A stretch of 64,000 bases of DNA from Pecten maximus (lineage: Eukaryota): the NCBI RefSeq assembly GCF_902652985.1, contig NC_047032.1, positions 6,572,001 to 6,636,000 on the forward strand, in the 5' to 3' direction. Shown in pieces: positions 1-13,531 of the stretch. The notes under the pieces are model-generated. The model searched no databases. It had not been told where the DNA came from and saw nothing but the letters and a program-made list of their open reading frames with translations. The translations under genes were made by a program, and so were the position numbers. Positions within the stretch are counted from its first letter, which is position 1. Each line of letters begins with the position of its first letter.

Positions 1-149
1 TCAACTGGTCTAGCTTCCTTGCTGTAGGTTGCAAATATGTCACTCATTAATCTTTTGAAGTCCACCATTGTACCGGAAGTTGATACACAAAACATGTTAT
101 TGCTATTAATAAAAATCCAAATCAATACAAATACTCCATTTCGTCTCAT
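1..149 (-). CDS. 5' end of a nAChR-like Cys-loop channel subunit, a close paralog of 4186-5472; runs off the window edge
   Basis: ATG at 149. Translates MRRNGVFVLIWIFINSNNMFCVSTSGTMVDFKRLMSDIFATYSKEARPV, nearly identical to the N-terminus of the 4186-5472 protein. Confidence 0.85.
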   Translation of the reverse strand, partial: MRRNGVFVLIWIFINSNNMFCVSTSGTMVDFKRLMSDIFATYSKEARPV

Positions 150-1830
150 TTTCCACCTTTTCTCATATCAATACTTTTCTAGGCAAAATGTTCCCTGATT
201 CATGGATTTTTGTATGCATGAATATCGCCTCAAGCGTTGCAAACGTCGAAAATAAATCCTTAACGGAAATCTGAAAAGAAAAATCAATCAATTGAATTAG
301 CATATACATCATTTGTAGTATCCACCTCTATGCGCCGTACTCGGTGTTATAAATTTACCCTGCGTGACCTGTATATACGTGGTTATTGATGTTGGACAGA
401 TATAGTCCCATTAATCTCATGGATTTAATATTTCTCAATTGTGTTGAAAACACTACTAATGGACCTTAAACAAATATGCACATTTATTGCTTTCTAGATA
501 AATAGCAACTCGCAATGTTCTGTTTATCAAATGCACATCAGTAGCTGACTATATTTGTACAATATCATTTGTTGGATTTAAGCGTCAGAGATATGAACAT
601 CAATTTTTAGAGAAGCAGAAGTAAACTTGTCTTTCATGCCTCTTATAACAGTGACATTGGTTCAGAATACGCAAACTTATTCTTTATTTTATTATTAACT
701 TCCAAAGCGTGGAAACATGGAACAACTCCATAATACCATAGGAAAATAGACTATTTGATTCGCGTAAATATGCTCCGTGCTTCCTGTGTCACTTATCACT
801 CGGTACACCTTAGCGAATTCTGCTACCCTGCATTGATATAGGGTAGCCTAACCTGACGGAGTGTACCGAATGAATACCGGTTCTCATTTTGAGAACATGA
901 TAATTTTAGGATTTGACCTCTATTAACAGGATTTGACCTAGATTTTAACGAGTTGACATGGATTTTGAGCATTGGACGGAGATTTACATAATTTGACCTA
1001 GGTTTTAACGAATTGACTAAGATTTTGAGCATTTGACCTAAATTTGCAGAATTTGACCTAGATTTATATTGTGGGTGTCACTCGTTTTGTAAAGTTTTAT
1101 TTGAGTTTCGGTTTGAATGCCATTACTCTCTTGTTTCATCTTATCTAATTGATTTACTGATCTATTTATCTGTATCTTCATGTTTCAGATTTTCTACCAG
1201 ATACATTGAATACTTGTTCTATGAAACGGAACAGAACGAAACGGAAAATAGATATGGTTCAAACTTTAACCACCGAAAAACAAAACATTGAAAACAACTC
1301 TAGTATAAATCAATAAAACTTTATTCACTTCTGATTTTACTCTACATTAACTTGATAATCAATCATTTCATAGTGTTTATTCTGGCATTTCATTTCAGAT
1401 GTTCCGAATGATTAATAGCGGTTAATGGCAATGTAAAGGTAAGTTGAAACTTGTAGATGATGATATACGTGATATCCATTAACGACTACAAAGGCTTTTA
1501 ATTACATTGTATATCATACTGGACTTGTTATGTATATACAGTTGCTAAACAACCTACACAACTCTGTCAACGACAATAGTTTTTATTTCTTGGTTCCAAT
1601 GCAATTAAGCTTTTCATAATGGCTTATTGTTTTGGTGATATGATGATGTATATAGATTGGTGTTCGTGAAAATAATAATCGCGAAGGATTTGAATCCGCG
1701 ATCGATTCTCATCTCGTATTAACTTGATCATGTATCCTGCGCGAAATATAAGTGATTTACAGTAATAAAGTAATAAAATTGTAATATAAGTAAATACATA
1801 TTTGGGTTTGTATTATGCAACATCAAAAAG
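1..1830. repeat. Segmental duplication copy A (gene 5' end plus upstream DNA), paralogous to 5321-8420
   Basis: 1-306 aligns with 5321-5629, and ~319-1830 aligns with ~7009-8420 (e.g. tatccacctctatgcgccgtactcggtgttata; gatatacgtgatatccattaacgactacaaaggc). Confidence 0.9.
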
Positions 1831-2661
1831 AAAAGTGAATGAAAGTGTTGCCATTGTACGTAACGTGCCACACGGCCATCCGAGTGACATTTACATGGGT
1901 GGACGTGTTCTGTAATGGTCCACCGTGTACATAATACTTCTTCGTCGAGTTGCTGTCAACTTTAAGTAGCTGATAGAGGTACATTTTGGTTTGCTCACAT
2001 ATTGTTAACTGGTTGAGTAACGTTAAACAAAAACTGTGTTATGTTTTGGCAAACCAGCTTTTACAGCACTTGATGAATATGTCTCAATATGACGAAACAT
2101 GAAATATTAATTACACACATATCCTGAGGTATCCATTCAGTTTATATTAGTGAGAAAACTTAAAATGTTATATTTTCATTGAATGTATATGGGATGTGAT
2201 GATAGCGCATACAGGTGTCTGCAGCTGGTTATATTTATATAAAAAACAATATCGGGCCTTACTCCCTTCTACTACTAATACAAACAGCGACAAACAACTA
2301 AATTGACAGGAAATAAGTCAGTTCTCATCAACATTAGCTTATATATTTTTTCTCGAATTGCCAACCTAACAAATTTGAAGATTTTAGATTCTGAATATCT
2401 TTTAAAGAATATAAGGTCCTGTTCGTTTTTTGAAATATAACATTTCAGGCATCGATCTTAATCATTTGAAGGCAACATGCATAAACATGGCCCATCCTTA
2501 TTTCATTAAATCTCGTTCAGCCGTATGGAATGCAGTTTATTAATGAAAACGAAAGCAAGTGCACAATCTACTACATTCGTGCTACTTGCAGCACAATGTA
2601 TAATGCTAATTTCTCTAGCATGACATTCTCTAGAATGAAATTGCATGAATTATAACTAAAA

Positions 2662-2965
2662 TACGAGGGCTGATTGATAAGTTGTGAGCCTCGTATTGAA
2701 GGATTTGAATTTTGCCGGACCCATTGTATTATTTTCAACATAAGCCCCCTCAGTATCTATACACTTTTGCCAGCGGTGTTTAAGGGCCTCAATGCGACTT
2801 TTATAGAACTCCCTTTCTTGGCTGTTCAAAAGTTATCCACTGTATGTTGGGTTTGGGGTGCCTGGAAGAGCTGTTGTCTTATGGAGCGAGATCAGGTAAA
2901 TAAGGCGGATACTCAATAAATTTAAAGCCACAATCGTGAATGGCAGCCATGGCAATGACAGACTC
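2662..2965 (-). mobile_element. Decayed mariner transposon fragment (transposase C-terminus plus TIR)
   Basis: Minus strand reads ...AMAAIHDCGFKFIEYPPYLPDLAP*D (YSPDLAPSD motif) and ...EREFYKSRIEALKHRWQKCIDTEGAYVEK; TIR-like end ta|cgagggctgattgataagt at 2662. Confidence 0.85.
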
Positions 2966-4185
2966 TTTCACCAGATCCTAACCCTAACCGATTTGTTCAT
3001 TCTGCAAAAGCTGCTTGTCTTGTTTACTTAAGAGTGCTACCTCGTCGATATAAACTAACAAAATGAGACCAGTCCTTGGGCACATGGCCATTTATAGTCA
3101 GAGAACAGTAGGACTTAAAAAGAACATCCTTGAGTACCTCCTTCAATTCGACGATCACAATTTATCAATCAGCTCTCGTATCACACAAATACATATTTAC
3201 ACGCCATTTAATTGTTGGAAAACGCATGCATGTATAAATATACTCAAGGTATCTTAAGACCAGCTTAACTCATTCGAATCCCTCTTTTTCAAAGTTACAC
3301 ACTCGCAAGTTCTTACCACGTAATCTACTTTTTGATATGAAATGAAAACTCGTTCGTGTATCACAAACAGGTCAAGATTTTATGTACACTGATGTAGGTA
3401 CAGCAGTACTTTTTATCACCGAGAGTTGTTGTTATACGGTTCCAAAGACAATTTGTTTTATTAATTTATTAAACACTTTTAATAGCATGTAATATAATCG
3501 ATAGGTTTGAAGTGACGATATATGTCTAAAAAATGTCGGCGTTAACCACAAATCGTTGTTAGACTCAAATTTTAAGTAGGAATTTTATTGTTGGGACCAA
3601 ATTTTATCTGAGTTTTTCCGAGTTTTTTCCCCCTCAGATAAACAGAAAATTTGGCCGGGACTGACGAAGCACTTCGAGTAAAGTGTAATATTCGAGTTAG
3701 CCGAGTTTGAGTTAACGAAGTTCCGCTGTATGAGAATTTGACGACTACACTCTTACACCTTCATCGAAAAATGGTCAGTGCAGCACATGCTCACAGTTTA
3801 AAAGTATCACAATCCAGAACTGGTTTGATCACGCAATTTATTTAACATATATTTACCAATCTTAAAAAACACACTCATTTTATAAAACGAGACAATGTAA
3901 CTACATCAGTGCACGAGATATACAGAAAAAAATGTTGGACAGTCCGTTGCCCTTATCCAAACTAAGGACAATTTGGATGTAGATGATCTTTCATCAGAGG
4001 CTCTTAAATACCATTATTGAACTAGTACCTTTTAACATCGACACGAGCGTGAGAATCACATCATGATCCAGAATTTTGTCTTTGATTTAAATGTTTAATG
4101 CATTCATCTCCCTGAATTTAATTCCGCGAAAACAGCAGTCCTTGAAAATATAAAACTTTACAGTAAATTTGAGTTAATAGATATT

Positions 4186-5472
4186 CTATTTATAGTACCC
4201 AAACGAAAATCCAAAGATCATTGCAATGGCAATAGTTTGGGAGATACAAAATAGAACAATATCGATAAAATTCATGACGTCAATCTTTTCGGGGTAGTGC
4301 ATTTCTATGGACCCCGGCTGTCCTTCCTTTGTGTCCTCCTCGAAGACAGAACAGATGTTTTCAGTACCGAGTGACGGCACTGGGTTTGGTGTAGTCATAT
4401 TTTTGCTGTCATTCTTACATTCAATCTTGAATTGTCGAATCGCCTTCTTTTTCTTCAACAAGGTTATCAGCCATGTTGGAAATTTGTCCACCTCTGCAAC
4501 AGCCTCGCATCGAAGGGTAAATATCGTTAGAATTATTATTACACCACTGAAAATCATAGATACGAGGATAAAGTAGGAAATACCCGCTATTGTCTCGGAT
4601 ACTTTCGGCATGTTGTCACCGATAAGGGTCATGTAAACCGCCAGAGACAGGAACATGGTGATTGTGTAGGAAATCCTCTCACCCGACGCCGCCGGTAAGA
4701 GGAACACGAACGGGTTTAGAAAACAAAGCAAATAGATAGGAATGATCATGGATATCACAAAATATGTAGACCTCCGTGTCAGGATCATACTAAAACCGAT
4801 AATTGAAACTTCAGGACCCATCCCCAAATATTCCTGTGCCAATGACTTGTCTAAGCTCCACTCTCCGTTGGTGCTATACATTTTCATATAGAATGTTGAC
4901 ATTAGTGGTAAGAGTTTGATTTCAGCACTGGAGTACCCCCATGGTAGTAAGAGTACTGAACAGTTTTGTGAATCAGTTGGGAACTCCGTCATATCGATGG
5001 AACAGCTAGACGTAATCATTCTTCCTGGGCACCAGGATATATCGCCACTACTTGTTATTCTTGCGTCAAATCGATCGGAACCAATCGGCTCAAGATCTGA
5101 AGCAGACGATATTAGAAAAACCGACGGTTTCCATAACATGGATGAATTAACCATGGTCTCAGTTATTCCCCCATAATCTGAGGGAACCCACACCAACTGG
5201 GGGTCCTTCCAGTACATACACAAAATGATGCTCAAGCTAATTGTCCCAGAAACTTCGTTCACGTCCAAAAGAGAAAGAGGACAGAATACCGTTTGGATTT
5301 CAACTGTTTCATTGAAATTCTCAACGGGTCTAGCTTCCTTGCTGTAGTTTGTAAACATGTCACTCATTAATCTTTTGAAGTCCACCATTGTACCGGAAGT
5401 TGATACACTAAACATGTTGTTATTGCCATTAATAAAAATCCAAATCAATACAAATACTCCATTTCGTCTCAT
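4186..5472 (-). CDS. Neuronal acetylcholine receptor-like (Cys-loop ligand-gated ion channel) subunit, non-alpha type, intronless CDS, 428 aa
   Basis: Signal-like N-terminus, WKD and WKP motifs, Cys-loop CSIDMTEFPTDSQNC, loop-B PWGY, NGEW, M1-M3, GERIS at the M2 start, C-terminal M4; no vicinal CC in loop C. Confidence 0.95.
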   Translation of the reverse strand: MRRNGVFVLIWIFINGNNNMFSVSTSGTMVDFKRLMSDMFTNYSKEARPVENFNETVEIQTVFCPLSLLDVNEVSGTISLSIILCMYWKDPQLVWVPSDYGGITETMVNSSMLWKPSVFLISSASDLEPIGSDRFDARITSSGDISWCPGRMITSSCSIDMTEFPTDSQNCSVLLLPWGYSSAEIKLLPLMSTFYMKMYSTNGEWSLDKSLAQEYLGMGPEVSIIGFSMILTRRSTYFVISMIIPIYLLCFLNPFVFLLPAASGERISYTITMFLSLAVYMTLIGDNMPKVSETIAGISYFILVSMIFSGVIIILTIFTLRCEAVAEVDKFPTWLITLLKKKKAIRQFKIECKNDSKNMTTPNPVPSLGTENICSVFEEDTKEGQPGSIEMHYPEKIDVMNFIDIVLFCISQTIAIAMIFGFSFGYYK

Positions 5473-8420
5473 TTTTCACCTTTTCTCTTATCAATACTTT
5501 TCTAGGCAAAATATTCCCTGATTCAGGGATTTGTGTATGCATGAATATCGCCTCAAGCGTTGCAAAACGTCGAAAATAAATCCTTAACGGAAATCTGAAA
5601 AAAAAATCAATCAATTGAATTAGCATATAGTATGCAATTAATGAAAAGTATTTGTCGGGAGAAAATGATAAAAGTTGTTTATGTCATCGGAAACCTGAAA
5701 AAAGAATTATTGTATTAAATTAGCAATTAATCTATAACCGCAACTAATGTTGAATTGTAGAAGAAAGAAAGTAATTAAAAATCGCCAATGGTGATTTGAA
5801 AAGAATAAATATTGATTCATGTGTCAATCATAAACTAGTGAATAACGCGTTGTATTCGTAAAAGAGTGTTTAACGGAAACCTGAAAACATTCATCAATGC
5901 ACTAATGCATTTTGGAATTATAAGCGTTTCAGATGTATCCATGAAATTTTGCAGACATGATCATTGTACACAGGTTGAGTGTTACACTTGATATGAGTAC
6001 TGAAGTTAAGTAAAACACAATGTATGGTTATTACAACTATCAAGCGATGTATCCCCTAATTAAACACAGACTATCGACATGTGTAATAATTATTCTTACA
6101 TTAGTCGATCAAATGAGGTCATTGAAAAAGTACAAGGAGAATAAGACCAGGTGTATCGACAGGGTAAGCGTCTTCTACTTATTCAACGACATGTAAATGA
6201 AGGTCAAATCGAGGTAATGTCACGTCCTCAACGCAGGAACAAAGGGACTGGATATAACTTTATACTGCATAAAGGAGATATGGTATTTCCTAATTATTTG
6301 ACGCTGACCATAACACTCTCCCATGTATAAATATACATACATGTATATGTATATAGCTATAATTATGGAAGTATTGGAATATTACAGGATATTTTAATCT
6401 TAGTATTGTTACCATGGTTACTATGTACATTGTACATCAGAATTCAAAAAAGAAAATGAACCATTTCTCGAATTTTGCCTTTGCGACTTCCAACGTACAG
6501 TAAGTTAGGTGATTTATCAAATTTTAACAGTTTGACGTGAGGGTGATTTGGTACAACATTTCGTTATAGAAGTAGTACTGGGAAAGTAAATAAGGCGCAA
6601 TTCTTCCTGAGAGGAAAATCTGTAGCATAACATTTCCGCATAAATATTCTCGTTTACAGTATCATAAATCGTATATTGATTAGTTACCACAAGAAATTCG
6701 GAAAATATTAAAAAGTGTACTATTACAGATAAAATATCCGTGAAAAAATCATGGTCATGTTAAGATAGTTACATGGTACAAACGTTTGAATAACATTGTG
6801 GTGGTTATTTTCAAGGTTCCACACGAACCGTGAATATTTGTACACAGCGAATATTGTAAGGCATATAGTATTTTTTAAAAATCATTATTTCACGACTGTT
6901 ATCAATCACCAAAAACCTGAATATTTGAAGATAAGGAATACTGTAAGTTAATTAGTATTGAAGAATTCATAATCTCAAGACTTACCTCAGTTGATTGCCC
7001 GGTTTTGTTATCCACCTCTATGCGCCGTACTCGGTGTTATAAGTTTACCCTGCGTTACCTGTATATACGTGGTTATTGATGTTGGACAGATATAGTCCCA
7101 TTAGTCTCATCTAATTAATGTTTCCCAATTCTAATGGACCTAAGCAAATATGCACACTAATTGCTATCTAAATATACATAGCAACTCGCAGTGTTCTGTT
7201 CATCAAAGACACTTCAGTAGCCATTCCCACAAAAAAAATGTTTGTACAAGATCATCAGTAGGTTTTATGCCTCAGAGTTATGAAAATCGATTTTTGGATA
7301 AGTAGTGGTATACTTGTCGTTGGTTCAGATAATGCAAATTTATGTTTGTTTTTATTTAATTATTGACGTCCAAAAAGTGTACACATGGACTAACTCCATA
7401 ATACAATAGGAAATCAGACTATTTGATTCCCGTTAATGTACTTGGTGGTTCCGGTCTCACTTAACCCGGTTCATACGGCACACCTCGGCAGGTACTGCTA
7501 CCTTACATTGGTGTGGGGTAGCAGAATCTGCCGAGGTGTGCCGAATGACCACGATTCTCATTTTGAGAACGTAATGATTTCAGGATTTGACATACATTTA
7601 TATAATTTTACGAAGTTTTTTTTTTTTGGGTTGACCTATATTTTTTAGCATTTGACCTAGATTTACATAATTTGACCTATACATTTTGTATTTATATAGT
7701 GGGTGTCATGATAACTCTTGTTCACTCGTTTTATAAAGTATTATTTGGAAATTAAGTTTAAATGTCAGTAATCTCTTGCTTCATCTATTTTAATTGATTT
7801 ATGATCAATTGATCTATATTTTCATTTATTCAATTTTCATTTATTTCTTATAGGATGCATTGAATACCTGTTCCGTCAAATCCGAGAAAATAAAACATTG
7901 AAAACAACTCTAGTATGAAACAATAAAACTCAATTATTCCCTTCGGATTTTATTCTACATTAACTCTGTTTGATAATCAATCATTTTAGATTGTTTATTC
8001 TGGCGTTTCATGTCAGATGTTCCCAATAATTAATAGTGTTTAATGACAATGTAAAGGAAAGCTGAAACTTGCAGACAATGATATACGTGATATCCATTAA
8101 CGACTACAAAGGCTTTTGATCATATCATACTGAACTTGTTATGTCTGTACAGTTGCTAAACAACCTACACAACTCGGTCGACGACAATAGTTTTTATTAC
8201 TTGGTTCCACTGGAATGAAGCTTTTCATAATGGCTAATTGTTTGGTGATATAGTGATGTGTATAGAGTGATTTTGTAAAAACTAATAGCGAAAACTTTGA
8301 TTTTCATCGCGTATTAACGCGAAAATATATCCCACGTGAAATATAAGTGATTTACAGTAATACGGTAATAAAATTGTAATATAAGTAAATACATATCTGG
8401 ATATGTTTCAACAATATCAA
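5321..8420. repeat. Segmental duplication copy B, carrying ~1.4 kb that is absent from copy A
   Basis: Colinear similarity to 1-1830 except for 5630-7008. Confidence 0.85.
5595..6985 (-). other. Putative 5'-UTR intron of the 4186-5472 gene
   Basis: Minus-strand donor GAG|GTAAGT at 6985 and acceptor ttttttttcag at 5595, ~120 nt upstream of the ATG. Confidence 0.5.
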
Positions 8421-11400
8421 TAATACAAGGTGATTGAAACCAGGTGTTCCGTGAGAGAATGCGTCTTTCGAAACCCTGAGAATTTTTCCATCAACAGTCG
8501 ACATCTGTCACGGAAATCATGATAATGAGAACAACTCTTTAAATATCGAGTCTGTTTATATCCTTGATTTCAAGTTCTACGCATTGGCAAGATATAAAAG
8601 ACACATAGAAAAGACCAAAGTAAATTTATGACCAGGTGTTGCGGAAGGTCAAGCGCTTTCGGCTTCATCGACGATACCCGCAATGAAAATCAATGTCAAA
8701 TCCGTGTTATGTTATGTTCTAAAAAATGGAAACTAGGTTTGTGTTTGTAGTGTTGAAAAATCTTTTCTTCAGATAGACAATATCTTTCACAGGAATCGTG
8801 ATCTTGGAAATAAATCTTGATATAGATATGTACGTGTTGACAGTCAATCCAAAAAGACTAATCGGCTACACTTTACCCACTTTAATTTAAGTGTAAACAA
8901 TGTACGAAATGTCAACATAATTGTTTAGTCGATTCGGATACATACCGTATATGTCTGTGTACTGCCCGCTTCGTTAGATTGCCCACACAAGCCGAAATGT
9001 GATGGATTTATAATTTAAAGTCTGCAGTAGCTCACTCCGGTTCTTTGCTCGCGGGGTATCTGCTACGTAATATAGCATAAGTTCTCACTATTAAGGGACT
9101 ATGTTTAGCTCTCACATTTGACATGTGTTGCTTTGGCATGTGAAGAGTGTTAATAAAAGTGTTTTTAGATATTTTGTGAGTTCTTTTTACTTAATATGTA
9201 CGCACTATTGAATATTCAATTTATTTTTTGGATAAAGACAGCAATGTCGGTACCTGATAGTACACCAGGGAAACACAAAAAGTTAACTTAGATTTGAAAA
9301 AATATCATATAATCCGTAGGTTTTCTTTTTCCTGGAAAACATTTTGTCAGGTAGCTACCCCGCTTCATCAGATAGCCAGCCGAAGGTATCTTTTAATGTT
9401 TTGATGGAAATTACGGAACGCTTCATATTTTTATTGATTTTCGACAGCTTATGACATCCATTGTCTCTATTCAAGCTTGTGTTTCTGGCATGCATTATCA
9501 TCCTACTTGAGCTAATTGTTATCTTTGTCCATTATGTCAGTCAGTTATATAGATGTTAATTAAGATAACAACGATCAGAATCGAGTTGAAAGAGACCCAT
9601 CTTTGTTCTCAATCTGTATGTTTAACCAATGCACTATGCTGCAGTTTGTCCCTTTGGATCTTTTTTGCAAGCTGTCAGAGGTATTTGTCAAATGTTGGTA
9701 CATTTGTCAATAAAATGGTTTAAAAAAGGGGAAGGGGACTATGCTGACTTGTTAAAACAAGTCCGCCCACATTTGCCAAAACGGCGGCATTCGCTTAATT
9801 ATATTTACATTTCTGGTTTGTATTCTCTATTTGGCATTGCCGACAAAATTGACGTTTACACTTTCGGTAAACTTTTGTCAGGGGCGAGGGAATACATAGT
9901 TGACAGTGAGCGAGGTCGGAGCCGCGAATTGGCACTCAAAAGCTTAATTCTTCTTATTTTGCTATTTTGTGACTATATTTCTACAAACTATGACGCAAAT
10001 CAAAACAATGTAATAATGAAAGATGTACATGTTTTAAAGATCTCATGGAAATGGATTAATGTAAATCACCTATATTAGAGTTATTTATTTTAGCGTTAAT
10101 TTTAGTCTTTCGCGAAATCAAATCCGTCGTGATTATAGGTATGAAAATGACACCTTGGGAAGGCGACTAACATATAGGTTAGTGTACCAATATTATGGGT
10201 CTTGCAGAGCCCAAGACTCTATAATAGCTGATCATTCTCGAATTTAAAATCTTTTCTAGATCAGCGTTCGCGAAATTATGTATTTGCAAAATCTAAGTGA
10301 TTTACAGTAAATAGATAATGTTTCTGTTTTGTCCTGTAGATTCCCGCCAAATTTGAATACGCTGTTTTGCAATGCATCACACAATTATGGCATATAAGGA
10401 GGTATTTCAAACATCAAAGATACTCTTATTAGATACCATAAAGAACTCTAGACATGGCAGGAAGACTGTTTTTAGGAAACAATGTTAATCCGTTGAGTTT
10501 GGAGTAAAAGATGTATATTTCTTTAAAAAAAAAAGGCCCTAAACTCACCAGTTTAACTATTTATCTGAAGGTTCATGACCAGACTTCCAGTAAATATTAT
10601 TTGCTATTGAAATAGTTTATACAAACACCAGGGTGTTGCGAGATTAGCTATGGTTTTATGTGTGTTTCTTTTGAAAATGGAACACTTGTGTATTCACAAA
10701 AACCTATCAACTCTTCCTAATAAACCTAACTGGCTGGTTCGTTTACAGCGAGAATAAGTAGAAAGTTTTAAAAACATTTATCTCAAAACAGGTAACACGT
10801 ATGAAATTATACTTTTCTATGGGTAACCATATGACATTTACAAAGGTACGCCTATGCTTGAATTCTAAAAGTACATTTTAGATTTTAACTCTCAGTGTTG
10901 CAAACTCATCTACCCTATGTTACAATAGACCAATTCAGAGGGGGTAGGTACATGTGTCAATGATTTTTTTGTATTTATAATCAATACTTAGGTAAAATAT
11001 TGCTAGCAGTTCCTTTCAGACAAACGGATAAACAATTTGTTTTGTTTTTGTAATTATGATAATTCCAGAAATGGCTCTGAACTTTTTTAAGGTAAATAAA
11101 TTTTGCCATTGGATTTGCTAATATTGGGCGATGTATAGGTGAAATACACAGATAGTATGTCCTTGGAGTGTAAAAGTGCAAGGTAACTTAGGCTCCATTA
11201 CGAGTACAGTATACTTTTGAAATGGAATCTTACATTACAACGGTTTTCAGTTTTGTTAAATACCCAATGCAGTACTTCACCCGCAAACATGTTTGGAAGC
11301 GTTGAGAATTATTCCATGCTACATCTTACCACAAAGTAACTCTATAGATGAAGTTGTTAGCATCTACATCAAATTATTCGTGATTTTAAGACACAAAATG

Positions 11401-12250
11401 TCCAAACAAACATTTTAGTATATTACATGCCTATTTCTGTGCAAATGTTTAGATATTTATTCGTGTTTGAAATTCAATATTATTCTGCAATATAGATGAC
11501 TCTTAAGTATCCTATTTGGTATAGTAAGTTTCAGAAGGTAGTTAATAAGGGTATCTGTTAAAAAGAATGGTTTTGTAAAGGTGTTTTAATTATAAATGGC
11601 CTTTTTGATTTGGTGTAATTTGGTGTAAATACAGCTTTTGTTACCTATCAAGGAATTATTACAGTAGTTAGGAATATCTTACGCTATGATACCCCACATA
11701 CATCAATAAGTTACCTATATATCCGATGCATATTGAAATATTTTAAGTCATCAGATCGGAACAAAGGAATTTTACAATATTTCATGTAAAAATGATATTA
11801 TATCTACAGGGAGAAGCGAATGAAATGAATTTTTTGAAATAGACGATGAAACTTTGAAACTAATATGTATAGCACCCTTTTCAAAGACTTAAATACAACA
11901 TTACAGTGGCTACGTTATAAAATAAACCATTATATCTTAACAAATCACTCTTTTTAGACTTTTACTTGTTGATAGTCAATACTGTTTTCGTTGAAAAACC
12001 GAAATAGAAACAATAAATCATACAATGGCCACGTTAATAAATTCAAGACTTTATACAAAATTTCAGATCTTTTTTTTTAATAACCTACTCATTCCATTTG
12101 CTTTCATTAAAGAAATTTCCATTTTTTTGCTTTTCTAACCAGAATCAAATCATGACAAAGCAAATGCTATTAAAACTTTTAATCACGTTTATTAACTGTC
12201 CTTTTTTTAATGTCAAATGCGTGTGAATTCTAAATATAATGAAAAAATAA

Positions 12251-13531
12251 TCATCTGTAATATTCACATGCAAACCCAAAAATCAGCCCAACAACCATGA
12301 TTTCCTGGATCACAAACAAAGCATTTGTCAACGAAATCAACAATGTCATCTCTTCCGAGATCCGTCGGGTTATTCAGAAAAGGGGTTTTCTTCGTGGCTT
12401 CCGCCGAATCGATGTCATAACTCTGTGTGGCGTTCTGTCCAGAATTATTTCCATTTTCAGTCCTATCTGAGGGAGTATGTGAGTCAATTGCACTTGAACT
12501 CTTTTTTGGTTTCTTCAACAGCAGCACGAGTTGTTTCAGCCGTTTTGGAAAGTGACTCGCATCATTCCTGGCATGCGAGCGGAGAGTGAATATTGTCAGT
12601 ATTATCAACACACAGCTGTAGATCATTGATACCAGTAGAAAGTAGGAGATACCCGCCATGGGCTCGGAAACTTTCGGCATGTTGTCACCGACAAGTGTCA
12701 TGTAAACTGCCAGAGACAGGAACTTGGTGATAGTGAAGGAAATCCTCTCACCAGACGCGGCCGGCAAGAGAAAGACAAACGGGTTGAGGAAACAAAGGAT
12801 ATACACTGGTACGACCATCGAGATCACAAAATATGCAGATTTTCTCCTCAAAACGATCGTGTAAACAGCAGGATTTGTTTCGTAGCTGCGACTGTTATAT
12901 ATTTCCACCGTTGTACTGTCAACACTCCACTCGCCATTTTCGTCGAAGTCATCCAAATTGATAAATGATTGTAGAAATGAGAGTTGTATTTCTGTAGGGA
13001 GATACCCCCAAGGTAGGAACATTAAGTGACACGTTTGGAAGTCAGTAGGGAAGTTTGTCATGTCCACTGTGCAGGTAGATCTGATCATTTCCCCGGGCTC
13101 ACAGACTCCACTGCAATATTTAATATTCTGGCATCAACATCTTGTAGACTAAACTTTTCCAGATCAGCTGACGATGAAACAAGAAAAATATTGGGTGACC
13201 AAATCTTTGAAGAATTCACCATCATTCTCGATATGCCATCGTAGTCTTCAGGATTCCATGTCAACCTGAAGTCCTTCCACATCATAGCGAGTCCTCCAGT
13301 TAAAGTTATAGATCCAGACACTTCATCAACATCACGAATTGAGAGAAGAAGAAAAAGACGTGTTTATCAACACATGGTGGTTATGATTCATGACCGGGCG
13401 TATTTCTCGACTACAATTGGCAAATAAATCGTCCACCAATCGGGCCATGTCCTCTATGGTACCGGTCACGTGTAGTGTCACGTGACATTGGAAAATTATC
13501 AACAGAACAATGATACGATTACCTCCTTCAT
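12251..13531 (-). pseudogene. Frameshifted nAChR-like subunit gene, paralog of 19299-20582
   Basis: ORF pieces 13332-13574, 13085-13321 and 12264-13088 join into one Cys-loop protein (CTVDMTNFPTDFQTC) once four 1-nt indels are corrected (~13527, ~13354, ~13089, ~12325). Corrected ends are MKGGNRII... and ...IFGFACEYYR*. Confidence 0.85.

Noticed and set aside
9629-10078. 149-aa ORF, and similar isolated ORFs at 16681, 17761, 36733 and 58669
   Set aside because: No recognisable domain or supporting splice structure; low-complexity or transposon-like context
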